The position numbers and the translations under genes were made by a program. From positions 612 through 64,611 of the forward strand of contig JAZRDB010000013.1 in assembly GCA_045660045.1 (NCBI GenBank): a DNA stretch of 64,000 bases. Direction: 5' to 3'. Numbering within the stretch: position 1 is the stretch's first letter; every line of letters begins with the position of its first letter. Of this stretch, positions 41,171-50,702 are shown one piece after another. Source of the stretch: Alphaproteobacteria bacterium. Lineage in GTDB: Bacteria > Pseudomonadota > Alphaproteobacteria > CAAHEQ01 > UBA3637. The notes beneath the pieces are model-generated. The model was not told the DNA's origin. It saw only the letters and a program-made list of their open reading frames with translations, and did not search any database.

Positions 41171-41722
41171 ATTACTCAAACTTTTGAACGAGGTGACGCG
41201 CGGACGCCCAATACAAACAAAGATGAACCGCGTATAAACGAACGTATTAATGCAGCACAAATCAGATTAATCGATGAAAATGGCATGAATGTAGGCATCG
41301 TGACAAATCGCGAGGCAATGCGTCGTGCCGACGAAGCAGGCTTGGACTTGGTGGAAATTTCATCCACACCGGCCGGATCTGTGTGCAAAATTATGGATGC
41401 GGGCAAATATAAATACGAATTGCAAAAGCGTCGGGCGGAAGCCAAGAAAAAGCAAAAGGTGCAAGAAACCAAGGAAATCAAATTCACGCCAAACATTGGT
41501 GATAATGATTACCAAGTGAAAATGCGTAACGCCAAGAAATTTTTGAGTGAGGGCAACAAAGTGAAATTCACATTGCGTTTTAGAGGGCGTGAAATGTCCT
41601 ATCAAGATTTGGGTGAAGCCGTTTTGAAACGGGCGGCCGAAGATGTGGCCGATATTGCCAAAATTGAGCAAAGTCCAAAATTGGAAGGACGTAATATGGG
41701 CATGTTGGTTGCCCCGAAATAA
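41171..41722 (+). CDS. infC: Translation initiation factor IF-3 (probable AUU start codon)
   Basis: Strong similarity to IF-3 across the N- and C-domains. An in-frame ATT at 41171 lies 8 nt downstream of a GGAGGA SD, matching the conserved autoregulatory AUU start. The ORF track begins at a TTG at 41156. Confidence 0.9.
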   Translation: MTQTFERGDARTPNTNKDEPRINERINAAQIRLIDENGMNVGIVTNREAMRRADEAGLDLVEISSTPAGSVCKIMDAGKYKYELQKRRAEAKKKQKVQETKEIKFTPNIGDNDYQVKMRNAKKFLSEGNKVKFTLRFRGREMSYQDLGEAVLKRAAEDVADIAKIEQSPKLEGRNMGMLVAPK

Positions 41723-41738
41723 AAGATTTAAATCGTCA

Positions 41739-41773
41739 AAACGCCGTCGGAAATTTCCTGCGGCGTTTTTTTA
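41739..41773 (+). terminator. Rho-independent terminator after infC
   Basis: Hairpin AACGCCGTCGG…CCTGCGGCGTT followed by TTTTTTT. Confidence 0.6.
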
Positions 41774-41867
41774 TTTGAAAAAATGATATTTTTTTAAAAA
41801 AAGTAGTTGCTTTCATTAAAAAAAGTATGTAGAGTGAAGAAAAGGGATTTTTAAAAGGGAGGATTGT

Positions 41868-44800
41868 ATGCGAAAATTTGTGCGGGTTCTAGTTTTGGTA
41901 GCCACATTAATTGGGATAGCTTGTTTCTCTTCTTTTTCGCAGGCTGCTGATACACCAAAATATGCCTGGGGTGATGTAACGATTAATGGACGAACGATGT
42001 ATATTGTGGATGGAAAGCCTTATTGGGCAGCTAAAGATGGTGGTTTTTATTATGATACACCCAATGATTTTTGGCCATCAGGTTTTGTTTCTGGCATGAC
42101 AAAGGATACGTCATGGAGTTCGGCAAATTTAGGCTCTGGAGCATTGAAAACAACAGGTAAGTTAGGACGAGAGTATCCTGCCACGGCTAAAAAAGGGGTT
42201 ATTTATGATGCGGATGGAAGAACGCCAATAGGAACCTTGGTTGGAGGAAAGGTCAAATTTTGGACATATGGAACGGAAATGGTTCCAAATTCATTCCAAC
42301 CCACTTCAAATCCAACACCGATTCTGGCTCCAGCCCCAACTATTGCTTCTGGTGGTTCGGCGGCAAAAATAGCGGGCGGTTCTAGTGCTAGTACAGCTGG
42401 GCAAGGAAAGCCCATAAGCATTGCAACGGGTTCGAGCACCACAAATGGTGGTAGCAGCGCCCCGAAAACAAGCGCTGGATCAGCTTCATCTGGATCGGCA
42501 AAAGGAAGTACGCCAGCGAGTGGTGCGGCGGCTCCTGCAACACAAGGGGCATCAACCCCTGTTACTCAAGGGGCGACGGTGCCTGCAGCACAGAGAACGA
42601 GTGGTCCAACTCAAGGAGGATCTAGTCAAGTTGCTCAAGGACAAACCGGTTCAGATGCGCCTCAAGGACTTATTAAGGGCCATGATGGACTATATTATTC
42701 GGAAATTTCTTCTGTAAATGATACGAAAGGACGCGCGGCCGCTTCGTTGGAAAATCGGATGATTTTAGGGACAGGTATGACAAAAAGCGAAGCTATTCGA
42801 CACGCGGGAGCAGATGCTGTTGGTTCTGCAGATAATGTTTTTAATAAAGCTGTTAATTCCTTAAAGAGTGATTTTGAGTTTTATGATGCAACCTCGGGCG
42901 ACGTTTTTACTTATGTCCCATCTGAACAAACATGGATGGTTTCACAAACAGAATATGGTGGCGGTATCGATCAGTATGTGCGTAATTCTGGATTGAGTGA
43001 TGATCAACAGAAACTGCTTGTAAGTTTTCCTGCAACAAAATCAACAGCAGAGATTGGTAAGGAGTATAGTAATGCAACAGCGCAACGCGCTCAAGCGATA
43101 GAAGCAATGTGGCAGGAGCGTTTGGGGAGAGTCGACAAAAAGGCAGCAGTGATGCCCGAGGCGGCAACTGATGCCCCAAAAGCTGAGACAACGACGGATG
43201 CTTTCGTTGCTGCGAGAAGTCAAGATACAGCTCCAACCAATACAGCGGCTGCAGCACCAAGTAGCACGGATACATCTGTTTCTACTGAAAAAACACAAGT
43301 TAAGGAGGCGACAGGTGATACTAGACCTACAGGAGACAGAGATGTGATGAGTAGTGGGGTTATTCCCACAAATAAAACTCAATCTGAACCTGTGGGAGGC
43401 ACTGGAAATAGAACGCCATTGGAAACAGAAAAGCCTGTTCCTGGTGCAGAAGAAACGACACCAGCTGGGTCAGCAAATCAAGATACAGATTCGTTGGGGG
43501 CCCCAGCAGGTGGTGATACTGGTGGTAAGCGAGCCCGGAAAACAGAGAGTTCTGAAAAAAAGCAACCTAAAGAGAAAGGGAACGAGTCTTCTGCTGAAGG
43601 CGATAAACGTGGGGGCGGAAGTGCTGAACAAGGAAAAGGAGAGGGGGGACCTAATCAAGAAGGGTCTGAATCTGAAAAAACTGATGGAGGATCTGGTTCT
43701 GGCGATAGTGAGGCACAGCAACCCGACAAACAAAACAGTCCATCTAAAGAGAAAGGGAACGAGTCTTCTGCTGAAGGCGATAAACGTGGGGCCGGAAGTG
43801 CTGAACAAGGAAAAGGAGAGGGGGGACCTAATCAAGAAGGGTCTGAATCTAGAGAAGCTGGAGAAGAAGCAACAGGTGGTGGACGAGGTGCTGCGGCTCA
43901 GGCGACAGGTGCCAAAGTTCCTACGCAATATCTGAGCGAACAAATCAATTCTGATAACATACGGATGTTGGGTTTTGACAATGTGTTTGGTGAAAAGTCG
44001 ATATGGAAGATGGATGGGGATAAGCAACCCAAATTTGATTCAAAGACTGGCACGATTGAATTTACGAATAATACGCAAAGGCAAAGATTGTCGGATGTTC
44101 ATGGGGTAACCGTCAATGAAGATGGTAAGGTTGTGTCAAATGGGGATGCATGGGGTGATGCAACGGTTAACGCGATGAAGAGTTTGAGTAGATGGAGTAG
44201 TGATTTGACGAATTTAAAAAATACTAGTCAAGAAGTACGGACTGCTCAAAGTAAAGTGAATAAGTTGGAACAGGCAGTTGATAAAGCTAAAAGTAAGATC
44301 AAGTATCCTGGCGAAGATGGAGGTGACTCCCGGAGCAAGCTTATTGAAGCCCAAAAAAAGCTAGATGCTGCTGAGGAAGAGTTGAATAAAGCGCAAGAGA
44401 AGCAAGGGGAAGCTAAGGCAAAAACGGAACAGACGATTAATGCTGTAAGAGATGTTGAAAAGGCGGCCAAAGATCGAGCGAACCAAGCTGTTAGCAAAGC
44501 AGCCGAAGGGGATACCTCGCCTGATACCTCTGCTGATGGATCCACCTCTCAAACAGGCGCGTCTACCCCGATGCCTGAGCAGAAGAAAGATTTTGAAACG
44601 TTTCAGGCAAACTTTACTAAAGCGATAGAAGACGGCGATTATGATGCTGCGGATCAATATATCAACGAAGCACAAAAAAATGGCCTTATAAATGACTCCG
44701 AAGCAAACGAAATGAAAAATGCCACAACTCAGGCCAAAAATGCGCAAGGTTTAGCGGGCAAGATGGCTGATGAGGCAGCAGCGAATGAGGCTGATCCAGC

Positions 44801-45599
44801 GAGCAAAGTTGGATCGGTGGATTTGACGGACCCGATACGTTTGGTGCTGGCGATTTTAATACCAACGCTAGCGGAGGATCATTTGACGTTGCGTGGTGAT
44901 ATTAACATTAAAGCTGGCGAAATTGGCGAGGCTGTTGGTGCTGTTGACAGTACGGCATTAGGCACGGACCAAGGTGAAGATGCTAGCCGTGCGACGACGG
45001 TTGTTGCCGGGGCTCAAATGGTGGCACAATTGTTGCAAGCAGTGACGGTGGACTTGAGTCTGCTGAGCGAGGAAGTGAAGTTCGACGAAGAAAAAGATGA
45101 AGAGAAAGAAGAAACGCCGACCTACACAAACGTTGGGACGACAGATTTAACAACGAAGAAGACACAACAAGAAAGTTATCGGGATGAAATAAATGATGAT
45201 TCTTCGGATGAAGATGATGAGGATGCAGAAGCGAAGAAGAAAGCGGAGGAAGAAGAAGCAAAGCGCAAGGCCGAAGAGGAAGAGAAGAAGCAAATCGATG
45301 AAGCGACGAAGAAAACAATTGAAACTCGTCGGGCCGAGTTGATGAAGCAATATGTGAATGGAGCCATTCAAATTGCAGAAGGAATGAATGCGATTTCCAG
45401 CGACTTTGCCTCTCGTGCGGAGGTGCTTTCGGATTTTAGTGAGGGAATCCAAACAGAATCAGCAGGTTTTGGTTTGGCACAAGATGTGGGTAGATATGTG
45501 TTATTTGAGACGTTAAGAGGGTTGGCATTGTCATCCGTTCAAATGGGTGTTCAGGCTTCTCGTCTCTTATTTGAACAGGAGGTTAGCGATGCTGAATAA
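41868..45599 (+). CDS. Large secreted repeat protein (1243 aa); first gene of the T4SS-associated block
   Basis: Signal peptide (MRKFVRVLVLVATLIGIACFSSFSQA) and long Ser/Thr/Gly/Ala low-complexity tracts. It has near-identical 59-aa tandem repeats, coiled-coil segments and a poly-acidic/lysine block (DDSSDEDDEDAEAKKKAEEEEAKRKAEEEEKK). GGGAGG RBS. Confidence 0.6.
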   Translation: MRKFVRVLVLVATLIGIACFSSFSQAADTPKYAWGDVTINGRTMYIVDGKPYWAAKDGGFYYDTPNDFWPSGFVSGMTKDTSWSSANLGSGALKTTGKLGREYPATAKKGVIYDADGRTPIGTLVGGKVKFWTYGTEMVPNSFQPTSNPTPILAPAPTIASGGSAAKIAGGSSASTAGQGKPISIATGSSTTNGGSSAPKTSAGSASSGSAKGSTPASGAAAPATQGASTPVTQGATVPAAQRTSGPTQGGSSQVAQGQTGSDAPQGLIKGHDGLYYSEISSVNDTKGRAAASLENRMILGTGMTKSEAIRHAGADAVGSADNVFNKAVNSLKSDFEFYDATSGDVFTYVPSEQTWMVSQTEYGGGIDQYVRNSGLSDDQQKLLVSFPATKSTAEIGKEYSNATAQRAQAIEAMWQERLGRVDKKAAVMPEAATDAPKAETTTDAFVAARSQDTAPTNTAAAAPSSTDTSVSTEKTQVKEATGDTRPTGDRDVMSSGVIPTNKTQSEPVGGTGNRTPLETEKPVPGAEETTPAGSANQDTDSLGAPAGGDTGGKRARKTESSEKKQPKEKGNESSAEGDKRGGGSAEQGKGEGGPNQEGSESEKTDGGSGSGDSEAQQPDKQNSPSKEKGNESSAEGDKRGAGSAEQGKGEGGPNQEGSESREAGEEATGGGRGAAAQATGAKVPTQYLSEQINSDNIRMLGFDNVFGEKSIWKMDGDKQPKFDSKTGTIEFTNNTQRQRLSDVHGVTVNEDGKVVSNGDAWGDATVNAMKSLSRWSSDLTNLKNTSQEVRTAQSKVNKLEQAVDKAKSKIKYPGEDGGDSRSKLIEAQKKLDAAEEELNKAQEKQGEAKAKTEQTINAVRDVEKAAKDRANQAVSKAAEGDTSPDTSADGSTSQTGASTPMPEQKKDFETFQANFTKAIEDGDYDAADQYINEAQKNGLINDSEANEMKNATTQAKNAQGLAGKMADEAAANEADPASKVGSVDLTDPIRLVLAILIPTLAEDHLTLRGDINIKAGEIGEAVGAVDSTALGTDQGEDASRATTVVAGAQMVAQLLQAVTVDLSLLSEEVKFDEEKDEEKEETPTYTNVGTTDLTTKKTQQESYRDEINDDSSDEDDEDAEAKKKAEEEEAKRKAEEEEKKQIDEATKKTIETRRAELMKQYVNGAIQIAEGMNAISSDFASRAEVLSDFSEGIQTESAGFGLAQDVGRYVLFETLRGLALSSVQMGVQASRLLFEQEVSDAE
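43567..43850 (+). repeat. Tandem direct repeat inside the 1243-aa ORF (two ~107-bp copies, 177-bp period, 1 mismatch)
   Basis: Copy 1 at 43567-43673 and copy 2 at 43744-43850 are identical except gggggcgg/ggggccgg. The 177-bp period is in frame and encodes KEKGNESSAEGDKRG(G/A)GSAEQGKGEGGPNQEGSES. Confidence 0.9.
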
Positions 45600-46668
45600 A
45601 ACACTAACAGTGCTATGTGCAGGAGCTTTATTGAGCACCACGATGTTGATGCCGGTGTCATCCGCTTGGGCGGAAGGAACGTGGCAAAAGGGCGGTTTGG
45701 CAACCAACCAGGTATCCGGAGGAACAGCAAAGGCACAGAAAACTATTACGGATGTCTTGGCATATTGGGGATTACTCTCAAACAGCATCTTATTTGCGAC
45801 ATCTTGGATACCAATACACTTTTTACCTGGTATTGTGTGTACTTGGGCTACTATTATTCCCGCATGTAGAGCATACCTTGCGGGTGGTTCTACTCAGCAT
45901 GGCTTGAATATTGATGTTGCAGGTGCGGCATTGGATGGGGTGTTGTTGTATGATGCAATGCATAAAAAGGCTGTATGGAGTGAAGATATTCCTAATTTGG
46001 AGGCCCAGATTCGTCAGATTGGAAGCGCCGCTGATTTAGAGCAAGAATGTGAAGATGATGAAGAGGGGAGCTGTAATGCAACAAATGCAACATTAGATAA
46101 GACAGAAGTGTACATTAAAACTCTAAAGAACGTAGGATTGGAAGCAATTGAAGATGTGGCCGGGTCGATATTGAAGACGCCGACAGAGTTGATTAGTGCT
46201 GGCCCTTACATTCAAGAAGGTTTTGGTTCTGAGGTTGAAGGTATTGATGTGAGTAAAAGTGTCGGTAAAAAGACATCAAGTGGTACCATCTTGTGGAGCG
46301 ATTATTTGCCCGATGAAAACGACAATACAACGAATAATGGTACACGCACTACGACTGCGGTTAAAAAGGAACGAACAGAAACAGAATTAAACGATATTAA
46401 GGATCGCAAGTTGGCGCATTTACAATTGACAGGCACGGCTGGAGTAGCGCGTGCGGATATGGGTGCGACAGTGGCAAGATCCGAGAAAGCAGCGTTTGAT
46501 CGATTAAGTTCATATGTGGGGTCGGGTGATGGATTGATTGCCAATATTAAGGTTTTAACTGGTTTAGATTTAACCTTGAGTCAACGATTGAATACGCTGA
46601 ATATGTTACAAGGTCAACAAGTGGCAAACGATGCGGCAAGCGCGCTACAGTTTGTGGAAACCAAATAG
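45589..46668 (+). CDS. Secreted protein 1 of 5 (359 aa), T4SS-associated candidate
   Basis: Start at the ATG at 45589 behind a perfect AGGAGG RBS. Signal peptide MLNKTLTVLCAGALLSTTMLMPVSSAWA. Contains a hydrophobic segment and an acidic/Cys segment. The start overlaps the upstream stop. Confidence 0.5.
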   Translation: MLNKTLTVLCAGALLSTTMLMPVSSAWAEGTWQKGGLATNQVSGGTAKAQKTITDVLAYWGLLSNSILFATSWIPIHFLPGIVCTWATIIPACRAYLAGGSTQHGLNIDVAGAALDGVLLYDAMHKKAVWSEDIPNLEAQIRQIGSAADLEQECEDDEEGSCNATNATLDKTEVYIKTLKNVGLEAIEDVAGSILKTPTELISAGPYIQEGFGSEVEGIDVSKSVGKKTSSGTILWSDYLPDENDNTTNNGTRTTTAVKKERTETELNDIKDRKLAHLQLTGTAGVARADMGATVARSEKAAFDRLSSYVGSGDGLIANIKVLTGLDLTLSQRLNTLNMLQGQQVANDAASALQFVETK

Positions 46669-46677
46669 GGGGCAGGG

Positions 46678-47589
46678 ATGAGATTGAAAAAAGTTTTAAT
46701 TATATGTTTTGTTTTTTGTTTAATCTGGCAACCTTCTGTTGGATTTTCAGCGTTTATGTGGAAACCAAATTTTTATCAAAGTCTTATGGAAACGATTGTT
46801 GGATTTTTGGCACGTGAATGGAATCGGCACACAGAAACCATTCACTATGATGTGACTAATGGTTTGGAAAAAATTAAGTCCAATATTGGGATGTATCGTG
46901 ATAAAGGTGATTGTGGTATTTCTGCAACGGGGAATTCGGGATGTGACTTGACAACGCCCGAACAAGGGGCTGAAGAGGATGCAGCTATGGATGCTGAAGC
47001 GGCAGTGATTCCAGATAGTACGATTGCGATTATTACTGAAAGTGAGGATGACGGGACAATTACGCTGGATGGCAAAAGCGATAAGGAGGAAAGCAAAAAC
47101 GAAAAAGATGATACAATTGGCAGCTATGTGGTTGGTAAAAAGGGAGATAAATTTGATCAGGTGCGTGCAAACGTGACCGAGTATATCTTTATTTCTACTA
47201 AAGAAAATGCTGAGGATGTGGATGCCGATTGTCGATGCAACAAGGGAACGGGAACGGTTTGTGAAGCGTCCGAATGTGCTCAACAACGTCAAAATGATGC
47301 TTTGTATCAGGCTTCTTTGGGCGCGTCCAGTACGGCGGATTTCAATTTACAACAAATGGATAAGCGTTACCAAAACGTCACAAAGGCCGTTTCCGAAATC
47401 AATGAAGTGAGTACAATTGCGGATTTTGTGGGTAAGATGGGGCGGTTGTCTGTTTACGCATCGGATGCGGTGGCAAATATGATGACTTTGCAAACACATG
47501 ATTTACGGGCGCAATCTTACCGTAATTTGGTGTTTGGTGGAATTAATCCGGTTGATTTGTCCAAATTAGGCAAAGGAGATAAAAAATGA
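46678..47589 (+). CDS. Secreted protein 2 of 5 (303 aa)
   Basis: Signal peptide MRLKKVLIICFVFCLIWQPSVGFSAF and an acidic middle region, with a helical C-terminal region reminiscent of VirB5/TrbJ-type proteins. Confidence 0.5.
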   Translation: MRLKKVLIICFVFCLIWQPSVGFSAFMWKPNFYQSLMETIVGFLAREWNRHTETIHYDVTNGLEKIKSNIGMYRDKGDCGISATGNSGCDLTTPEQGAEEDAAMDAEAAVIPDSTIAIITESEDDGTITLDGKSDKEESKNEKDDTIGSYVVGKKGDKFDQVRANVTEYIFISTKENAEDVDADCRCNKGTGTVCEASECAQQRQNDALYQASLGASSTADFNLQQMDKRYQNVTKAVSEINEVSTIADFVGKMGRLSVYASDAVANMMTLQTHDLRAQSYRNLVFGGINPVDLSKLGKGDKK

Positions 47590-48365
47590 GAAGATTTTTT
47601 GGGGTGATGGCTGTAATTGTTTGTTTGCTGTGTGGTAGGAGCGTGAGAGCCGTTGAAGAGATGGCGAATATGTGGACGCCCATCCCTATAGTGGATCCAG
47701 TTATGATTGGTGATTCAATCCGAGGACTTACTGCTAGTATTTTGGCATTAACAAAAGCAGGACCTGAGCCAGAATTGGGGGCTGTTTTGAATGTTCAACA
47801 ACAAGAAGTTGGTGCTTTGGAAGATGGAGATGAGTCTTACCGTGTGGATGAGGGAACAGGATCTTCGGATGGATCTGGTGATTTGGCAATTTCTGCTTAT
47901 GAGTATATGAAAGAGAAGGTATTTACAGATTCCAAAAAGACGCCTTATGCACCATTAAACCGAAAATTGTCGAATGGAGCCGATATGAAGAAGGTGGTCA
48001 AGGAAATGTTCTTTATAGAAAATGAAGCAGATAATACGGAAGCAAAACAGGCCGAAATTGTGAAAAACAGGACGGAATATTTAACGACCGTTGGTAAAGA
48101 ATATACAAGATTGGCTTATGAAATGCACAAAAAAATTGCTGATGATATGTCAGCGGTTAGTGCAGATATCAACGGAAATGGTTCTATTGGTGCAGTTGCA
48201 GGTATGGATCAAACATGGAAGGCTGTCAATAAGGCGTTGATTGCAGATATCGGAATGCAAATTCAATTGATGGAGTTGGATGCGGCGAAATTTTTATCTG
48301 TTCAACCGATCATGATTATGTCGGAGAATCGTCCAGAAACGAGTAATCAAGGATCCAATGATTAG
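47586..48365 (+). CDS. Secreted protein 3 of 5 (259 aa)
   Basis: Signal peptide MRRFFGVMAVIVCLLCGRSVRA. The start overlaps the upstream stop (ATGA). Confidence 0.5.
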   Translation: MRRFFGVMAVIVCLLCGRSVRAVEEMANMWTPIPIVDPVMIGDSIRGLTASILALTKAGPEPELGAVLNVQQQEVGALEDGDESYRVDEGTGSSDGSGDLAISAYEYMKEKVFTDSKKTPYAPLNRKLSNGADMKKVVKEMFFIENEADNTEAKQAEIVKNRTEYLTTVGKEYTRLAYEMHKKIADDMSAVSADINGNGSIGAVAGMDQTWKAVNKALIADIGMQIQLMELDAAKFLSVQPIMIMSENRPETSNQGSND

Positions 48366-48375
48366 GAGGTATGTG

Positions 48376-49512
48376 ATGAAAAAGTTATTATTAGGTTCGT
48401 GTATCCTTTCTTGCTTGTTGTTAGTGGAAATAGGTGGATATGCAACAGCTGCAGACAGTGTTGCGTCGGACAGCAAAACAACGGGCGCATCGACAAGCCG
48501 TGCAACACAATACACCGATGCAAACAGTGGTTATGTGAAAAATTCTTCAGAGGGGATGAATAAAACAAAAAATAATCCGAAAAGCGAAGAAGGTGCGGAT
48601 CCTGTGTCAAAAACGGCAAAAGATGCTGATTATTCGCCAGATGCAGGGAATAAAGCCGCTCAAGTTGATATGGGAATTTCAATTGCTTCTGCGGCGTTAG
48701 GTGTTGTAGAAGCTATTATAGGTGCAAGCTTAGACCAGATGATAAGAGAATGGGTTACGACTGAAGTGTTAAGCATTGCAGTGAGCCCTGAAGTTCCTCT
48801 TCATAACGAATCAATAGCTTTTGGTTGGGGACTTCAATTTAACCCAATTGCAACCGCCGTTACCCTTGGGCATGCGGCTGTAAATAAATTTATGCGAGAT
48901 GCGACAAATATTACAGCTTCGTTCACTGGGGCTGAAGGTTTTGTGACAGATAAATGGGTGGGGCCTCATCCAAGGAATACAACAACGGCCATTATGGGGG
49001 ATATTAGTGTTACATCCGAGAAATTTGATGCGTTGACATTTGATCCAAAAGAATACGAAGGTTTGAAAGATGCTGATAAAGCTTCTGCGCGCCAGTTGAT
49101 GGATTATCGGTCTGAGCAGTTAATTCAGGATCAACGTTCATTGTCAAATGTGGCTACTGCGCAATGGGGTATTTTGTATCGTGCACAACAACGTTCTATC
49201 AAAGGATTGGCCGGTGCATTGGAATTGAAGTCTCAATTGACAGCACTGGGTGAGATCGAAAAAAAGATTTCGGCTGATTATAAAAATAAACCAAGCGCTT
49301 TGAATACGGTGGCTTCACGTCGTGCTTTATATGATGCCTTATTGTTATTAAAAATGAATGTAATGGCTGCGCGTACAAAATTGCGTTCGGAAACTTTGGA
49401 ATTGGATTTCAAGCCGATGACAAGGGAGCCTGAAATTATGGAGGACGATGAAGATCCAACCCCTCAGAATGTACCGGCTGGTCCACCTTTGTCACCAAAG
49501 GAAACTCAGTAG
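48376..49512 (+). CDS. Secreted protein 4 of 5 (378 aa)
   Basis: ATG at 48376 behind an AGGAGG RBS. Signal peptide MKKLLLGSCILSCLLLVEIGGYATA. Confidence 0.5.
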   Translation: MKKLLLGSCILSCLLLVEIGGYATAADSVASDSKTTGASTSRATQYTDANSGYVKNSSEGMNKTKNNPKSEEGADPVSKTAKDADYSPDAGNKAAQVDMGISIASAALGVVEAIIGASLDQMIREWVTTEVLSIAVSPEVPLHNESIAFGWGLQFNPIATAVTLGHAAVNKFMRDATNITASFTGAEGFVTDKWVGPHPRNTTTAIMGDISVTSEKFDALTFDPKEYEGLKDADKASARQLMDYRSEQLIQDQRSLSNVATAQWGILYRAQQRSIKGLAGALELKSQLTALGEIEKKISADYKNKPSALNTVASRRALYDALLLLKMNVMAARTKLRSETLELDFKPMTREPEIMEDDEDPTPQNVPAGPPLSPKETQ

Positions 49513-49527
49513 TAAGGGAGAAAGCTC

Positions 49528-50691
49528 ATGAAAAGAATATTGTTTTTTGGCGTGTGTTTTGTTGCTTTGTTTAGTACAACAGCTGAAGCGTTGCGCTTTG
49601 GTACGACGCCAGTTGTGCCGATTGAAATGAATACCTTAACGAAGTTTTTGCCGTCACATAATGAGGCTTTGGATAAAGCCTTAGAAGTACATAATTTGAT
49701 GACGGAATTGCCGTCTATACAAACTATGGCCGAGCAGCAAGAAAAGATGAAAAAAGAATCTCGTAAGATGAAGAAATATTTCGAGAACTTATTGAAATGC
49801 AATGAAAAGCGTTTTGGTCGTTTTAAAAATTCAAAAGAGATTTTGAAAAAGGTACGGGCCGCATATCAAGAACGCACGAAAGATTTAAAAGATGACGAGG
49901 GATATTATGCAGAAGACAGTATTGTACCTCGTTCTTTGGCTGAACGTGGCTATCTATGGGATAAAAAAAGGGACATTGAACAAGAAATCATGACGGATGC
50001 TTTGACCAATGGCCGTAAGTGGGGCGGTGAGTTGGTTAACAGAAAAAAACAAGATGTGCCAGAAGATATGAGAATGAAGATGACTGGTACTGGCTTAGAA
50101 GAGCTGATGCTAGCAGAAGATAGTACAAAAAATGCAGATGTTGCAGAAATGGATATGGATAAGACCTTGAAGCAAATGCAAGAATCCTTTATGAAGCGGT
50201 TGGCTGGTGTTGGATTGACTTTTCCGGAATTTAATCCGGCCCAAACGACGGATATCAGCAAAGTTCGCAAAGAATTGAAAGAGTTAAAAGATCAATATAT
50301 TGTTGAGGCAAAAGAATATATTGTTAAGTTGGATGAACAAGATGCAGCGCACCCACGAGCGGTAGCAAAACGCGCGGCAAGAACACGTAATAAGGCGCGA
50401 GTTTTAACGAATGTGAAGGAACAATTCCCAGAGGCATTTGCCGAGATGGAACAATTTGATCAACAAACACCGCAGCAACAGCAACTGGCTGTTATTAATG
50501 CGTTGGAGAAAGATGCAAATGGAACAGTTTATTTGACCGAAACAAATGCATTAGAGGTTGATCAACGTATCAGCGAGGCAAAAGCAAATAAAGCGATGTT
50601 GAAAACTTTTACCGATATGGCGGATGATATGTTGGAAGAAATGCGTTCAAAAAGGCCAGAGCAAGAATTTGATTTCAGTGTTTGCTCATAA
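49528..50691 (+). CDS. Secreted protein 5 of 5 (387 aa, Lys/Glu-rich coiled coil)
   Basis: Signal peptide MKRILFFGVCFVALFSTTAEA. Highly charged helical protein. Confidence 0.5.
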   Translation: MKRILFFGVCFVALFSTTAEALRFGTTPVVPIEMNTLTKFLPSHNEALDKALEVHNLMTELPSIQTMAEQQEKMKKESRKMKKYFENLLKCNEKRFGRFKNSKEILKKVRAAYQERTKDLKDDEGYYAEDSIVPRSLAERGYLWDKKRDIEQEIMTDALTNGRKWGGELVNRKKQDVPEDMRMKMTGTGLEELMLAEDSTKNADVAEMDMDKTLKQMQESFMKRLAGVGLTFPEFNPAQTTDISKVRKELKELKDQYIVEAKEYIVKLDEQDAAHPRAVAKRAARTRNKARVLTNVKEQFPEAFAEMEQFDQQTPQQQQLAVINALEKDANGTVYLTETNALEVDQRISEAKANKAMLKTFTDMADDMLEEMRSKRPEQEFDFSVCS

Positions 50692-50702
50692 GGAGAATTT
50701 GA

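Noticed and set aside
43567-43850. Possible CRISPR-like repeat
   Set aside because: There are only two copies, they sit within a coding sequence with a period that is a multiple of 3, and no spacer/repeat architecture or cas genes are present.
43470-44027. Minus-strand 185-aa ORF with an internal repeated peptide
   Set aside because: It mirrors the 177-bp in-frame tandem repeat of the + strand gene and is an antisense artefact.
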